Assembly (NCBI GenBank): GCA_963779415.1
Contig: CAVZYA010000001.1
Coordinates: 736,001-800,000 of the forward strand
Reading direction: 5' to 3'
Source of the DNA: an uncultured Acidobacteriota bacterium
GTDB lineage: Bacteria; Acidobacteriota; Thermoanaerobaculia; UBA5066
Length of the DNA: 64,000 bases
Shown here one piece after another: positions 43,966-53,290 of this stretch. The notes below the pieces were generated by a model. The model made no database searches and was not told the origin of the DNA. It saw nothing but the letters and a program-made list of their open reading frames with translations. Every line of letters begins with the position of its first letter. Position 1 is the first letter of the stretch. The position numbers and the translations under genes were made by a program.

Positions 43966-44185
43966 CGATCTCTCACTTCAGGCTCGTCGCGAGGGGAGCG
44001 GCCGGAGGGGACGACGCGCGCCCACCTTCCGGGATCCGGGTACTCTCCGCCCATCTCACACCTCGCCAATCCCGGAACCGACTCTAGGTTCGTGGTCTGC
44101 GGCGCGCCATGAGCCAAACGCCTCAACTCGCCCGGCGGCGGGCGGGATTACGCGCGGGGGGCCGTCGGGAAGATCTGGAAGGCCG

Positions 44186-45046
44186 TTACTTCTTCGCCTT
44201 CCACTCCGCCAGGGCCTTCTCGAAGGCCTCCAGGTTCGGCTTGTCGGGAGAGGCCTTTCCGAGGGCCACGGCCTCCTCGCCGGCCTTGATCGCCTCGGCG
44301 GTCTTCCCTTCCGCCGCGAGCATCCGGGCCATCTGGGCCGTGTTCGCGTAGCCCTTCTTCGCGGCCACGGAGCGCTCGACGTCCTTCATCGCCTCACCCG
44401 GGTCGCCGAGCTTCTCGCTCGCGAAATACCGCCCCACCGCGAGCGGCGTCTCCCAGTCGTCCGCCTTCGCCCCGGCGACCGCCGCGCGCCCCTTCGAGAG
44501 GACCAACGCTTTGGTGTCGACCTTGAAGTGCACCGGGACCCGCAACTTGTCCCAGATCAGGGAGAGGTCCGCCCCGTCGTTCGAGACGTTCCGGAAGACG
44601 ATCGTGAAGGTCTCCACCGATTCCGGGAAGGCCACCGGCTTGACGGCGACGCGGAGGGCGTCCTTCTTCTCGTCGTACTCGGTCTTGTACCAGAGGTCGA
44701 GGTCCTTGTTGAAGGCGACCGTCCACGACTCCTTGCCGGGGATCGTGACGATGCTGTAGGTACCGGCCGCGAGCTTTTTCCCCTCGACCTCGATGTCGTC
44801 CGGGAAGGAGAGCGTCGTGGCGCGGTTCGCGCCCGTTCGCCACGGCTTGTCGTACGGGACGAGGCCGCCCCAGATCACCCGCCCCTTCACGCCGGGACGG
44901 CTGTAGGAGACGCTGAATTCCGTGACGCCGATTCTCTGCGTCACCGTGGCCTTCGGGCTCGGCATCGGGGCCTCGAACTGGGCGGCGAGGGGCGCCGCGG
45001 AGAGAGCGAGGGCCAGTGCCGCGGAGAGGAGAGCCGGTTTCTTCAT
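44186..45046 (-). CDS. DUF2911 family secreted protein with TPR-like tail
   Basis: Signal peptide; PSP, YSRPGVKGR.IWG.LVPY, WRTGAN. Confidence 0.87.
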   Translation of the reverse strand: MKKPALLSAALALALSAAPLAAQFEAPMPSPKATVTQRIGVTEFSVSYSRPGVKGRVIWGGLVPYDKPWRTGANRATTLSFPDDIEVEGKKLAAGTYSIVTIPGKESWTVAFNKDLDLWYKTEYDEKKDALRVAVKPVAFPESVETFTIVFRNVSNDGADLSLIWDKLRVPVHFKVDTKALVLSKGRAAVAGAKADDWETPLAVGRYFASEKLGDPGEAMKDVERSVAAKKGYANTAQMARMLAAEGKTAEAIKAGEEAVALGKASPDKPNLEAFEKALAEWKAKK

Positions 45047-45133
45047 CGAATCGCTCCTTTCATCTTTCGGGAGTGGGGAGGCTATCGCAGAACCGGCCGG
45101 GACGCCTCCGCCGAACTCACGTAAGATCCCATT

Positions 45134-45155
45134 ACGGAACTGACCAGTCCGTTCC
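45134..45155. promoter_or_regulatory. Candidate TetR operator
   Basis: Imperfect dyad ACGG(A)ACTG-AC-CAGT-CCGT just upstream of the tetR gene. Confidence 0.5.
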
Positions 45156-45166
45156 ATTATTCAGAG

Positions 45167-45754
45167 ATGTCCCGAAGCCGAACGGAAAAGAAAAGGACGG
45201 AGATCCTGAAGGCCGCCTCGGACGTCTTCGCCCGGAAGGCCTTTCACGAGGTCCGGACGGACGAGATCGCCGAGGAAGCCGGCGTCGGGAAGGGGACCCT
45301 CTACCGGTACTTCCCGACGAAGGACGACCTCTACTACGCTTCGGTCCTCTCCGGATTCGACGAGCTGGACCAGGTCCTCGAGAGTCTCCGGAACCGGGCC
45401 GACTCGCCGGCCGAGACGGTGGAGCGGCTCGCCCGCGAGGTTCTCCGGATCTTCTGGTCCCGCCCCTCGTTCTCCATGGTGCTGCACAGCCATGCGCGAC
45501 GCTTCCGGGTCCGGGAGCGGGAGATGCACCGCCGGCGCGAGGGCCTCGTCCGGTTTGTGCGGGAGACGGTGGCTCGCGGCGCTTCGCGGGGCGACTTCCG
45601 GCCGGTGGATCCCCGAATCGCCGCCGAAATGTTCCTCGGCATGGTCCGGGGCGCGATCATCCACCGGAGTGCCGCGGACACCCCCGCCGCGCTCGTGAAG
45701 ACCCTCACCGGAACCTTCGTCAACGGAATTTCCCGGAGGAAGGAGGCCTCATGA
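45167..45754 (+). CDS. TetR/AcrR family regulator
   Basis: IAEEAGVGKGTLYRYF. Confidence 0.93.
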   Translation: MSRSRTEKKRTEILKAASDVFARKAFHEVRTDEIAEEAGVGKGTLYRYFPTKDDLYYASVLSGFDELDQVLESLRNRADSPAETVERLAREVLRIFWSRPSFSMVLHSHARRFRVREREMHRRREGLVRFVRETVARGASRGDFRPVDPRIAAEMFLGMVRGAIIHRSAADTPAALVKTLTGTFVNGISRRKEAS

Positions 45755-47193
45755 GGCCGCGTCCCCTGCTTCTCGCCGCTCTCTCCGCTCTGGCCGCTCT
45801 GGTGACGGGATGCGTGGAGAGCCGTCCGGGAGCCTTCGTGGACGCCTCGACGCCGCCGGCCCCCGAGAAGCAGAGCGCCGCGCCGATGCCGCCGGCGCCC
45901 CCCCAGACGGCGCCCCTGCTTCCGCCGGGCCTGGCCGAGGGCGGGAACCTTCCAAAGACGATCACTCCGGTCGAGGCCGTCGGCCTCGCCCTCAGGAACA
46001 ACCCCGCCACGAGGCAGTCCTGGTTCCAGGCACGGGCCGCCGCCGCGGAGGTCGGGAGCAAGCGGGCGGAGTACTACCCGAGCGTGGAGCTTGACGGTTC
46101 CTGGATCCGGCAGAAGGGGGCGTTCCTGAACGGGCAGACCGTCTACTACCAGACGACGTACGGCCCCACCGCCCTCTTGAACTGGCTCCTCTTCGACTTC
46201 GGGGGACGCGCCGCGGACGTGGCGGAGGCCCAGGCGCTCCTCGCGGAGGCGAATGCGGCACACGACGCCGTCCTGAACGACGTCATCCTTCAGGTGCTGC
46301 AGGCGTACTACGGTTACGAGGGAGCCAAGTCGCTCCTCTCGGCGCAGGAGGCCAGCCTGAAGCAGGCCGAGGAGAACCTTCGCGCGGCGGAGGAACGGCA
46401 TCGGGCCGGAGTCGCGACGATCGCCGACGTCCTTCAGGCGCGGACGACCGCGTCGCAGCAGCGCCTCGCCTACGACACCGTGCAGGGCCAGATCGCCGTG
46501 ATCCGCGGCGCGCTCGCCACGTCGCTCGGCGTCCCGGCCAACACGCCGATCGAGGCCGGCGAGCTGCCGGAGAACCTCGACCTCGACCGTGTCACGAAGA
46601 CGGTCGACGATCTGATCGCCCAGGCGGAGAAGCAGCGCCCGGACCTCGCCGCCGCGCGCTCGGCGGCGATCGCGGCGGAGCGTCACGTCGCCTCCCTCCG
46701 ATCGAACCTCTATCCGACCCTCGGCGGCGCGGCGAGCGGAGGCCGAACCTACTTCGGCGGCGCGGGGGCCGGTGCCTCCACGGACATCTACACCGTCGGC
46801 GTCCTCCTCCGGATTCCGGTTTTCACCGGGTTCCAGAGTCAATACGATCTCCGGAAGGCCGAAGAGGAGCGGGGGGCCGCGGACGCCGGTGCGCTGAGCG
46901 TCGAGCAGCTCGTGATCCAGCAGGTCTGGGCCAGCTACTACAGCGTGAAGACGGCGGCGCAGCGGACCCGGACGGCCCGGGACCTCCTCGCGAGCGCGCG
47001 CGAGTCGGCGGACGTCACGCGCGGGCGTTACACCGCCGGCGTCGGAAGCATCCTCGACCTCCTGACCGCCGAGAGCGCCCTCGCCTCGGCCCGCGCACAG
47101 GAGGTCGGAGCCCGCGCCGAGTTCCTCTTCGCGCTCGCCCAGCTCGCCCATGACGTCGGCTCGATAGAGCCGGTCGTAAAGGAAGCTCCATGA
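45751..47193 (+). CDS. TolC family outer-membrane efflux lipoprotein
   Basis: Lipobox VTGC; ALRNNP, YYPSV, LFDFG, RYTAGVG..LDLL. Confidence 0.9.
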   Translation: MRPRPLLLAALSALAALVTGCVESRPGAFVDASTPPAPEKQSAAPMPPAPPQTAPLLPPGLAEGGNLPKTITPVEAVGLALRNNPATRQSWFQARAAAAEVGSKRAEYYPSVELDGSWIRQKGAFLNGQTVYYQTTYGPTALLNWLLFDFGGRAADVAEAQALLAEANAAHDAVLNDVILQVLQAYYGYEGAKSLLSAQEASLKQAEENLRAAEERHRAGVATIADVLQARTTASQQRLAYDTVQGQIAVIRGALATSLGVPANTPIEAGELPENLDLDRVTKTVDDLIAQAEKQRPDLAAARSAAIAAERHVASLRSNLYPTLGGAASGGRTYFGGAGAGASTDIYTVGVLLRIPVFTGFQSQYDLRKAEEERGAADAGALSVEQLVIQQVWASYYSVKTAAQRTRTARDLLASARESADVTRGRYTAGVGSILDLLTAESALASARAQEVGARAEFLFALAQLAHDVGSIEPVVKEAP

Positions 47194-48323
47194 GAACAAG
47201 CCGTCTGGCCGTCTCGCTCCTCCCGATCGCCTTCCTCGCCGGCTGCGGCGGAAAGAAGGCCGGCGGCCCGCCGCCCTCCGTCCCGGTGCGTGTCGGCGAC
47301 GTCAAGCGCCTCGCGGTCCCGTTCAACATCTCGGCCATCGGGCACGTCGAGCCCTATTCCACCGTCGCCGTGAAGCCACGCGTCGGCGGCGAGATCACCC
47401 AGGTCGGCTTCCGGGAGGGAGACGACGTGGCGGCCGGTGCGCTCCTCTTCGTCATCGATCCGAGGCCGTTCCAGGCGGCTCTCGACGAGTCGAAAGCGAA
47501 CCTCGCCCGCGACCGCGCGCGCCTGACGGAAGCCGAGCAGACGCTCAAGCGCTATCAGGACCTGATCAAGAAGGAATACATCACGCAGGAGCAGTTCGAC
47601 CAGGCCCGGGCAAACGACGAGGCCCTTCGCGCGACGACGCAGGCCGACGAGGCGGCGATCGAGACCGCCCGTCTCAACCTCGACTACTGCCGGATCACGG
47701 CTCCCGTTCCCGGCCGCACCGGAAGCCTCCTCGTCCATGCCGGGAACGTCGTCAAGGCCAACGACGACAAGCCCCTCGTCGTCATCAACCAGGTCGAGCC
47801 CGTCTACGTCTCCTTCGCGATCCCCGAGGGTAACTTCGGCGAGGTGAAGCAGCGCGCGGCCGGGGCCCATCTGCAGGTCGTCGCCACGCCGCAGGGGAGC
47901 AAGACCGAGACCGGCGAGCTGACGTTCCTCGACAACGCGGTGGACGCCACGACGGGGACGATCACGCTGAAGGCGTCGTTCCCGAATCGCGACCGCGCCC
48001 TCTGGCCCGGCCAGTACGTGAACACCTCCCTCACGCTGAAGGTCGACGAGGACGCCGTCGTCGCGCCCGTCGACGCCATCCAGACCGGGCAGACCGGAAC
48101 GTATGTCTACCTCGTCAAGCCCGACCAGACCGTCGAGATCCGGAACGTCGCCGTCCACCGGAACTGGCGCTCCTGGGCCCTGATCACGTCGGGCCTCGCC
48201 CCGGGCGACCGCGTCGTGACGGACGGCCAGCTCCGGCTCTCGCCGGGCGCCCGGATCACGGAGAAGACCGACGCGACGCCGGTCCCCACGGCCGCGCCGA
48301 AGAGCGCCGAGGCCGCCCGATGA
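47190..48323 (+). CDS. RND efflux periplasmic adaptor, MdtA-like
   Basis: Lipobox LAGC; IDPRPFQA, ITAPVPG, DNAVD.TTGT, LWPGQ. Confidence 0.92.
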   Translation: MRTSRLAVSLLPIAFLAGCGGKKAGGPPPSVPVRVGDVKRLAVPFNISAIGHVEPYSTVAVKPRVGGEITQVGFREGDDVAAGALLFVIDPRPFQAALDESKANLARDRARLTEAEQTLKRYQDLIKKEYITQEQFDQARANDEALRATTQADEAAIETARLNLDYCRITAPVPGRTGSLLVHAGNVVKANDDKPLVVINQVEPVYVSFAIPEGNFGEVKQRAAGAHLQVVATPQGSKTETGELTFLDNAVDATTGTITLKASFPNRDRALWPGQYVNTSLTLKVDEDAVVAPVDAIQTGQTGTYVYLVKPDQTVEIRNVAVHRNWRSWALITSGLAPGDRVVTDGQLRLSPGARITEKTDATPVPTAAPKSAEAAR

Positions 48324-51300
48324 ACATTTCCGCGCTCTTCATCCGTCGCCCCGTCGCCACGACCCTCGTCATGCTGGCGATTCTCTTCTTCGGAATCGTC
48401 GGCTACCGGCTTCTTCCCGTCTCCGACCTTCCCAACGTGGATTTCCCCACGATCCAGGTCACCGCCGGACTCCCCGGCGCGAGCCCGGAGACGATCGCCT
48501 CGGCGATCGCCACGCCCCTCGAGCGGCAGTTCACGACGATCGCGGGCCTCGACAACATGAACTCCACGAGCGTTCTGGGGGTGACGCAGATCACCCTTCA
48601 GTTCAACCTGAGCCGCAGCCTCGACGGGGCCGCCCAGGACGTGCAGGCGGCCATCGGCGCGGCGTCGCGACAGCTCCCGCCGGGAATGCCCAGCCCCCCC
48701 ACCTACCAGAAGGTGAATCCCGCGGACCAGCCAATCCTCTACCTGGCCCTCACCTCGCCCACGCTCCCCCTTTCGACGACCGACGAGTACGCCGAGACGA
48801 TGATCGCGGAGAAGATCTCCACGGTCTCCGGCGTCGCGCAGGTCCAGGTCTTCGGCGCCCAGAAGTTCGCCGTCCGCGTCCAGCTCGACCCGCGAGCCCT
48901 CGCCTCGCGCGGCATCGGAATCGACGAGGCCTCGGCGGCCGTGGCGGCCGCGAACGTGAACATCCCGACCGGGACCCTCTGGGGGCCCACGACGGCCTAC
49001 ACGGTCCTGGCCACCGGCCAGCTCACGGAGGCGGCCGGCTTCGGCCCCCTCATCGTGGCGTACCGGAACGGCTCGCCCGTCCGCGTCCGGGACATCGGAC
49101 GGGCGATCGACAGCGTCGAGAACGACAAGACGGCCGCCTGGTACGTCGACAAGGAAGGCTCCACCCGCGGAGTCGTCCTCGCGATCCAGAAGCAGCCGGG
49201 CGAGAACACCGTGGAGGTCGCCTCGAACATCCGGAAGCTGATCCCCTCCTTCGAGGCGCTCCTTCCCGGATCGGCGAGGCTGAGCATCCTCTTCGACCGG
49301 TCGGAGTCGATCCGCGACTCCGTCTCCGACGTGAAGTTCACGCTCTGGCTGACCCTCGCCCTCGTCGTCATGGTCATCTTCCTCTTTCTCCGGAACCTCT
49401 CGGCCACCGTCATCCCGTCCCTGGCGCTGCCTCTCTCCATCGCCGGGACTTTCGCCGCGATGTACGCCCTCGGCTACAGCATGGACAACCTGTCGCTGAT
49501 GGCGCTGACCCTCTCGGTCGGGTTCGTCGTGGACGACGCCATCGTCGTCCTCGAGAACATCGTCCGGCACATCGAGATGGGCGAAGAGCCTTTCCAGGCC
49601 GCCCTGAACGGCACGAAGGAGATCGGCTTCACGATCGTCTCGATGACACTCTCGCTGACGGCCGTCTTCATCCCTCTTCTCTTCATGGGAGGGATCATCG
49701 GCCGGCTTTTCCGGGAGTTCGCCGTCACGATCACGGTGGCGGTCCTCGTCTCCGGCTTCGTCTCCCTGACGCTCACGCCGATGCTCTGCGCCCGCTATCT
49801 CAAGCCACACGGCGAGCGTGGGCGGGGCCGGTTCTACGAGGCGTCCGAAGGCGTCTTCAACGCCGCGCTCGGTTTCTACCAGCGGGGCCTGAGGTGGGCT
49901 CTTTCGAGAAAGCGCCTCATGATGGCCTTTTCGGCAGCCGTTCTCCTCGCCACGATCTTCCTCTTCCGCATCGTCCCGAAGGGCTTCATCCCGAGCACCG
50001 ACACGGGCCAGGTCTTCTCGCCGACCGAAGCCGCGCAGGGGATCTCCTTCGAGGCGATGGTGGAGCACCAGAAGGCCGCGGCCGCGATCGTCCAGGCCGA
50101 CCCGAACGTGGACGGCTTCATGTCGAGCTGCGGCACCCGGGGCAACATGGCCCAGGGCGGCAACACGGGGATGATCTTCATGCGCCTGAAGCCGCGCAGA
50201 GAGCGGAAGCTCGGGGTCGACCAGATCGTCCAGGAGCTGCGCGTCAAGTTCGCGCAGATCCCCGGCCTCCGGGTCTATCCGCAGAACCTGCCGCCGATCC
50301 GGCTCGGCGGGGTCCTCACCCGCGCCCAGTACCAGTTCACCCTCCAGGCTCCCGACACGAAGGATCTCTACGTGTCGGCGCCGCTCCTCGAGCAGAAGAT
50401 GCGCGGGATTCCCGGCCTGCAGGACGTCAACAGCGACCTCCAGCTCCGCAACCCGACGGCCTACCTGACGATCGAGCGGGACCGCGCGTCTGCGCTCGGA
50501 GTGACCCCCGACGCGATCGAGAACGCCCTCTATACGGCCTACGGCTCCCGCCAGATCTCCACGATCTACACGCCGAACAACGAGTACCAGGTCATCATGG
50601 AGCTGCTTCCGCAGTTCCAGCGCGACCCGTCGGCCTTCCAGCTCCTCTACATCCGCTCGACGAAGGGCGATCTCGTGCCGCTCTCGGCCGTCACGAAGTT
50701 CGAGCGGACGGTCGGGCCGCTCGCGGTCAACCATGCCGGCCAGCTTCCCGCCGTGACGATCTCCTTCAACCTCGCCCCGGGTGTCTCGCTCGGCGAGGCG
50801 GTCGGGGCCATCACCAGGATCGCGCGCGAAATGCTCCCCGCGACGATCCAGACGAGCTTCCAGGGGACGGCGCAGGCTTTCGAGGCCTCGCAGAAGGGAC
50901 TGGGCCTTCTCCTCCTCGTCGCGATCCTCGTCATCTACATGGTGCTCGGGATCCTCTACGAGAACTTCCTCCACCCGCTGACGATCCTGTCGGCGCTCCC
51001 CTTCGCCGGCTTCGGCGCCCTCCTGACGCTCCTCATCTTCAAGACGGAGCTCTCCATCTACGCCTTCGTCGGGGTCATCCTTCTCGTGGGCCTCGTCAAG
51101 AAGAACGGCATCATGATGGTGGACTTCGCGGTCGAGGGGCGGCGGGCCGGGAAGAGCCCCGAGGAGGCCATCTTCGAAGCCTGCGTCGTCCGCTTCCGGC
51201 CCATCATGATGACGACGATGTCGGCGCTCATGGGAACGCTTCCCATCGCCCTCGGCTTCGGCGCGGGGGCCGAGTCGCGCCGGCCCCTCGGCCTCGCGGT

Positions 51301-51463
51301 CGTCGGCGGCCTCCTCTTCTCGCAGATGATCACCCTTTACGTCACGCCGGTCTTCTACGTCTACATGGAGGCGCTTCGCGAGCGCCTCGACCGGCGCAAG
51401 GGGAGGAAGGCCGAGACACTGGCACCCGTCGAGCCGATCGCGGCGAGAGGCGCCGGGCACTGA
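48320..51463 (+). CDS. RND efflux permease, MdtB/MdtC-like
   Basis: FIRRPVAT, GFVVDDAIVV.EN, GLVKKNGI, RFRPIMMT. Confidence 0.95.
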   Translation: MNISALFIRRPVATTLVMLAILFFGIVGYRLLPVSDLPNVDFPTIQVTAGLPGASPETIASAIATPLERQFTTIAGLDNMNSTSVLGVTQITLQFNLSRSLDGAAQDVQAAIGAASRQLPPGMPSPPTYQKVNPADQPILYLALTSPTLPLSTTDEYAETMIAEKISTVSGVAQVQVFGAQKFAVRVQLDPRALASRGIGIDEASAAVAAANVNIPTGTLWGPTTAYTVLATGQLTEAAGFGPLIVAYRNGSPVRVRDIGRAIDSVENDKTAAWYVDKEGSTRGVVLAIQKQPGENTVEVASNIRKLIPSFEALLPGSARLSILFDRSESIRDSVSDVKFTLWLTLALVVMVIFLFLRNLSATVIPSLALPLSIAGTFAAMYALGYSMDNLSLMALTLSVGFVVDDAIVVLENIVRHIEMGEEPFQAALNGTKEIGFTIVSMTLSLTAVFIPLLFMGGIIGRLFREFAVTITVAVLVSGFVSLTLTPMLCARYLKPHGERGRGRFYEASEGVFNAALGFYQRGLRWALSRKRLMMAFSAAVLLATIFLFRIVPKGFIPSTDTGQVFSPTEAAQGISFEAMVEHQKAAAAIVQADPNVDGFMSSCGTRGNMAQGGNTGMIFMRLKPRRERKLGVDQIVQELRVKFAQIPGLRVYPQNLPPIRLGGVLTRAQYQFTLQAPDTKDLYVSAPLLEQKMRGIPGLQDVNSDLQLRNPTAYLTIERDRASALGVTPDAIENALYTAYGSRQISTIYTPNNEYQVIMELLPQFQRDPSAFQLLYIRSTKGDLVPLSAVTKFERTVGPLAVNHAGQLPAVTISFNLAPGVSLGEAVGAITRIAREMLPATIQTSFQGTAQAFEASQKGLGLLLLVAILVIYMVLGILYENFLHPLTILSALPFAGFGALLTLLIFKTELSIYAFVGVILLVGLVKKNGIMMVDFAVEGRRAGKSPEEAIFEACVVRFRPIMMTTMSALMGTLPIALGFGAGAESRRPLGLAVVGGLLFSQMITLYVTPVFYVYMEALRERLDRRKGRKAETLAPVEPIAARGAGH

Positions 51464-51555
51464 CACGCCGGCCGCATCCGGTCTGCCCGACCTCACATGG
51501 TGGTTGAACGAGGTCTGACCCCCGGGACTCGACGAAAGCCGTCTGCCGGCCGGCC

Positions 51556-53106
51556 GTGAGCAAAGCCGAGATCGACCGGGGGATCATCACGGTGGCCACG
51601 ATGCTTGCTTCCATGATGCAGGCGGTCGACACGTCGGTGGCCAACGTGGCGCTCCCCCACATGCAGGGGACCTTTTCGGCGGGGGTCGACGAGATCACCT
51701 GGGTCATCACCTCCTATCTCGTGGCCAACGCCATCGTGGTCCCCATCACGGGATGGCTGGGCAACTTTTTCGGCCGGCGGCGCATCTACCTGCTGAGCGT
51801 CGTCGTCTTCACGCTGGCTTCCCTGGGCAGCGGGGCGGCCCCCAACCTCGTCTTCATGGTCGCCATGCGCGTCCTGCAGGGGCTCTCCGGCGGCATCATC
51901 GTCCCGATGAGCCAGGCCATCCTGCTGGAGGCCTTCCCGCCGACGGAGCGCGGGCGGGCTCTCTCCTACTTCGGCGTCGGGGTCGTCTTCGGCCCGATCC
52001 TCGGCCCGATCCTCGGCGGCTGGATCACGGACAACTGGGGCTGGCGCTGGATCTTCTACATCAACATCCCGCTCGGGCTCGTCGCGGTGCTTCTCGCCCT
52101 GCTTTTCGTGCGCGACCCGGCCTACATCCGGAAGCCCGAGGGGAGCGTGGACCTCTGGAGCCTCCTCTTCATCGCGCTCGGCCTCGGCGGGCTGGAGGTC
52201 GTGCTGAGCCGGGGGGAGCGGCTCGATTGGCTCAAGAGCCACTTCATCCAGGTCACGGCCCTCGTCGCCCTTCTCGGCATCGCCCTCTTCGTCTGGCGCT
52301 CCTTCACCCACGAACATCCGCTCGTGGACCTCTCCGTCCTGAAGAACAAGGAGTTCGCGGCCGGCGTCTCCTTCTCCTTCTTCCAATACTTCGTCCTCTA
52401 CGCCACCCTGATCCTGCTCCCCCTTTACGCACAGAACGTCCTCGGCTATTCCGCCACCTGGGCCGGTCTCGTCCTCGCCCCGGGCGGAGCGGCTTCGCTC
52501 CTGGCCATCCTCCTGGCGGGCCGGATCGTTCACCGCATCGACGTCCGCTGGATCCTGCTGGCGGGCCTCGCGTTCACGTGGGTCTCCATGAAGATGCTCT
52601 GCGTGATCGACCTGAACACGACCTTCGGCTACCTCGCGACGGGCCGATTCACGCTGGGCCTGGGCGCCGGCTTCCTCTTCATCTCCCTGACCGCCGCCGC
52701 CTACAGCACCATGCCCGCGGAGCGGATGGGCCAGGCCACGGGCCTCTACAACCTCGTGCGCAACGAGGCCGGATCCATCGGCATCGCCGTGGCCTCCACC
52801 CTCCTGGCCAGCCGCGCCCAGGTCCACCAGGCGCGCCTCGTGGAATCGTCCAACCTCTTCAACCCCCTCTTCCGCGACCAGCTTCACCGGATGGAGCGGC
52901 TGCTGCAGGCCGTCTCGGGGCTGGATCTCCATTCCTCGAAGTCCCTCGCCCTCGGCCTTCTCTTCGGCCGGGTCCGCGTCCAGGCGTCCGTGATGGCCTA
53001 CGTCGACGTCTTCGCCATGATGACCTGGGCCCTCCTCCTCTTCCTGCCCCTCATCCCCTTCCTGAGGTCCAGAGGGGCCAGAGGCCTCTCCACCGTCGCC
53101 GAGTGA
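51556..53106 (+). CDS. DHA2 (EmrB/QacA) MFS transporter
   Basis: D.SVANVALP, WVITSYL, GP.LGG, WRWIFYINIP. Confidence 0.92.
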   Translation: MSKAEIDRGIITVATMLASMMQAVDTSVANVALPHMQGTFSAGVDEITWVITSYLVANAIVVPITGWLGNFFGRRRIYLLSVVVFTLASLGSGAAPNLVFMVAMRVLQGLSGGIIVPMSQAILLEAFPPTERGRALSYFGVGVVFGPILGPILGGWITDNWGWRWIFYINIPLGLVAVLLALLFVRDPAYIRKPEGSVDLWSLLFIALGLGGLEVVLSRGERLDWLKSHFIQVTALVALLGIALFVWRSFTHEHPLVDLSVLKNKEFAAGVSFSFFQYFVLYATLILLPLYAQNVLGYSATWAGLVLAPGGAASLLAILLAGRIVHRIDVRWILLAGLAFTWVSMKMLCVIDLNTTFGYLATGRFTLGLGAGFLFISLTAAAYSTMPAERMGQATGLYNLVRNEAGSIGIAVASTLLASRAQVHQARLVESSNLFNPLFRDQLHRMERLLQAVSGLDLHSSKSLALGLLFGRVRVQASVMAYVDVFAMMTWALLLFLPLIPFLRSRGARGLSTVAE

Positions 53107-53290
53107 AACCTCTCCGCGCGAATACTCAAATCGCTCCCTGGCATTCATCCGCTGGTGCGCGGTGTCACTCCGGGGCCTGCGAACTTCCCGTTCGGGTACC
53201 ACCAGATCGGAGCCACGTACCCACAATGATCCGACGTTGGTATCGGGTCGTAACGATGGGCAATGGCTCTCCGACGAACGCGACCGGGCT

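Noticed and set aside
44102-44117. Possible sigma54 promoter (minus strand TTGGCTCATGGCGCGC) for the multiheme operon
   Set aside because: GG-N10-GC spacing fits but the -12 element lacks TTGC; too weak in GC-rich DNA
45167-53106. TetR-TolC-RND plus MFS cluster as a novel system
   Set aside because: Ordinary efflux architecture with canonical motifs
53107-53290. Possible gene remnant or ncRNA between the MFS and surface protein genes
   Set aside because: Short minus-strand peptide (…YVAPIWWYPNGKF…) with no credible start and no recognisable RNA motif
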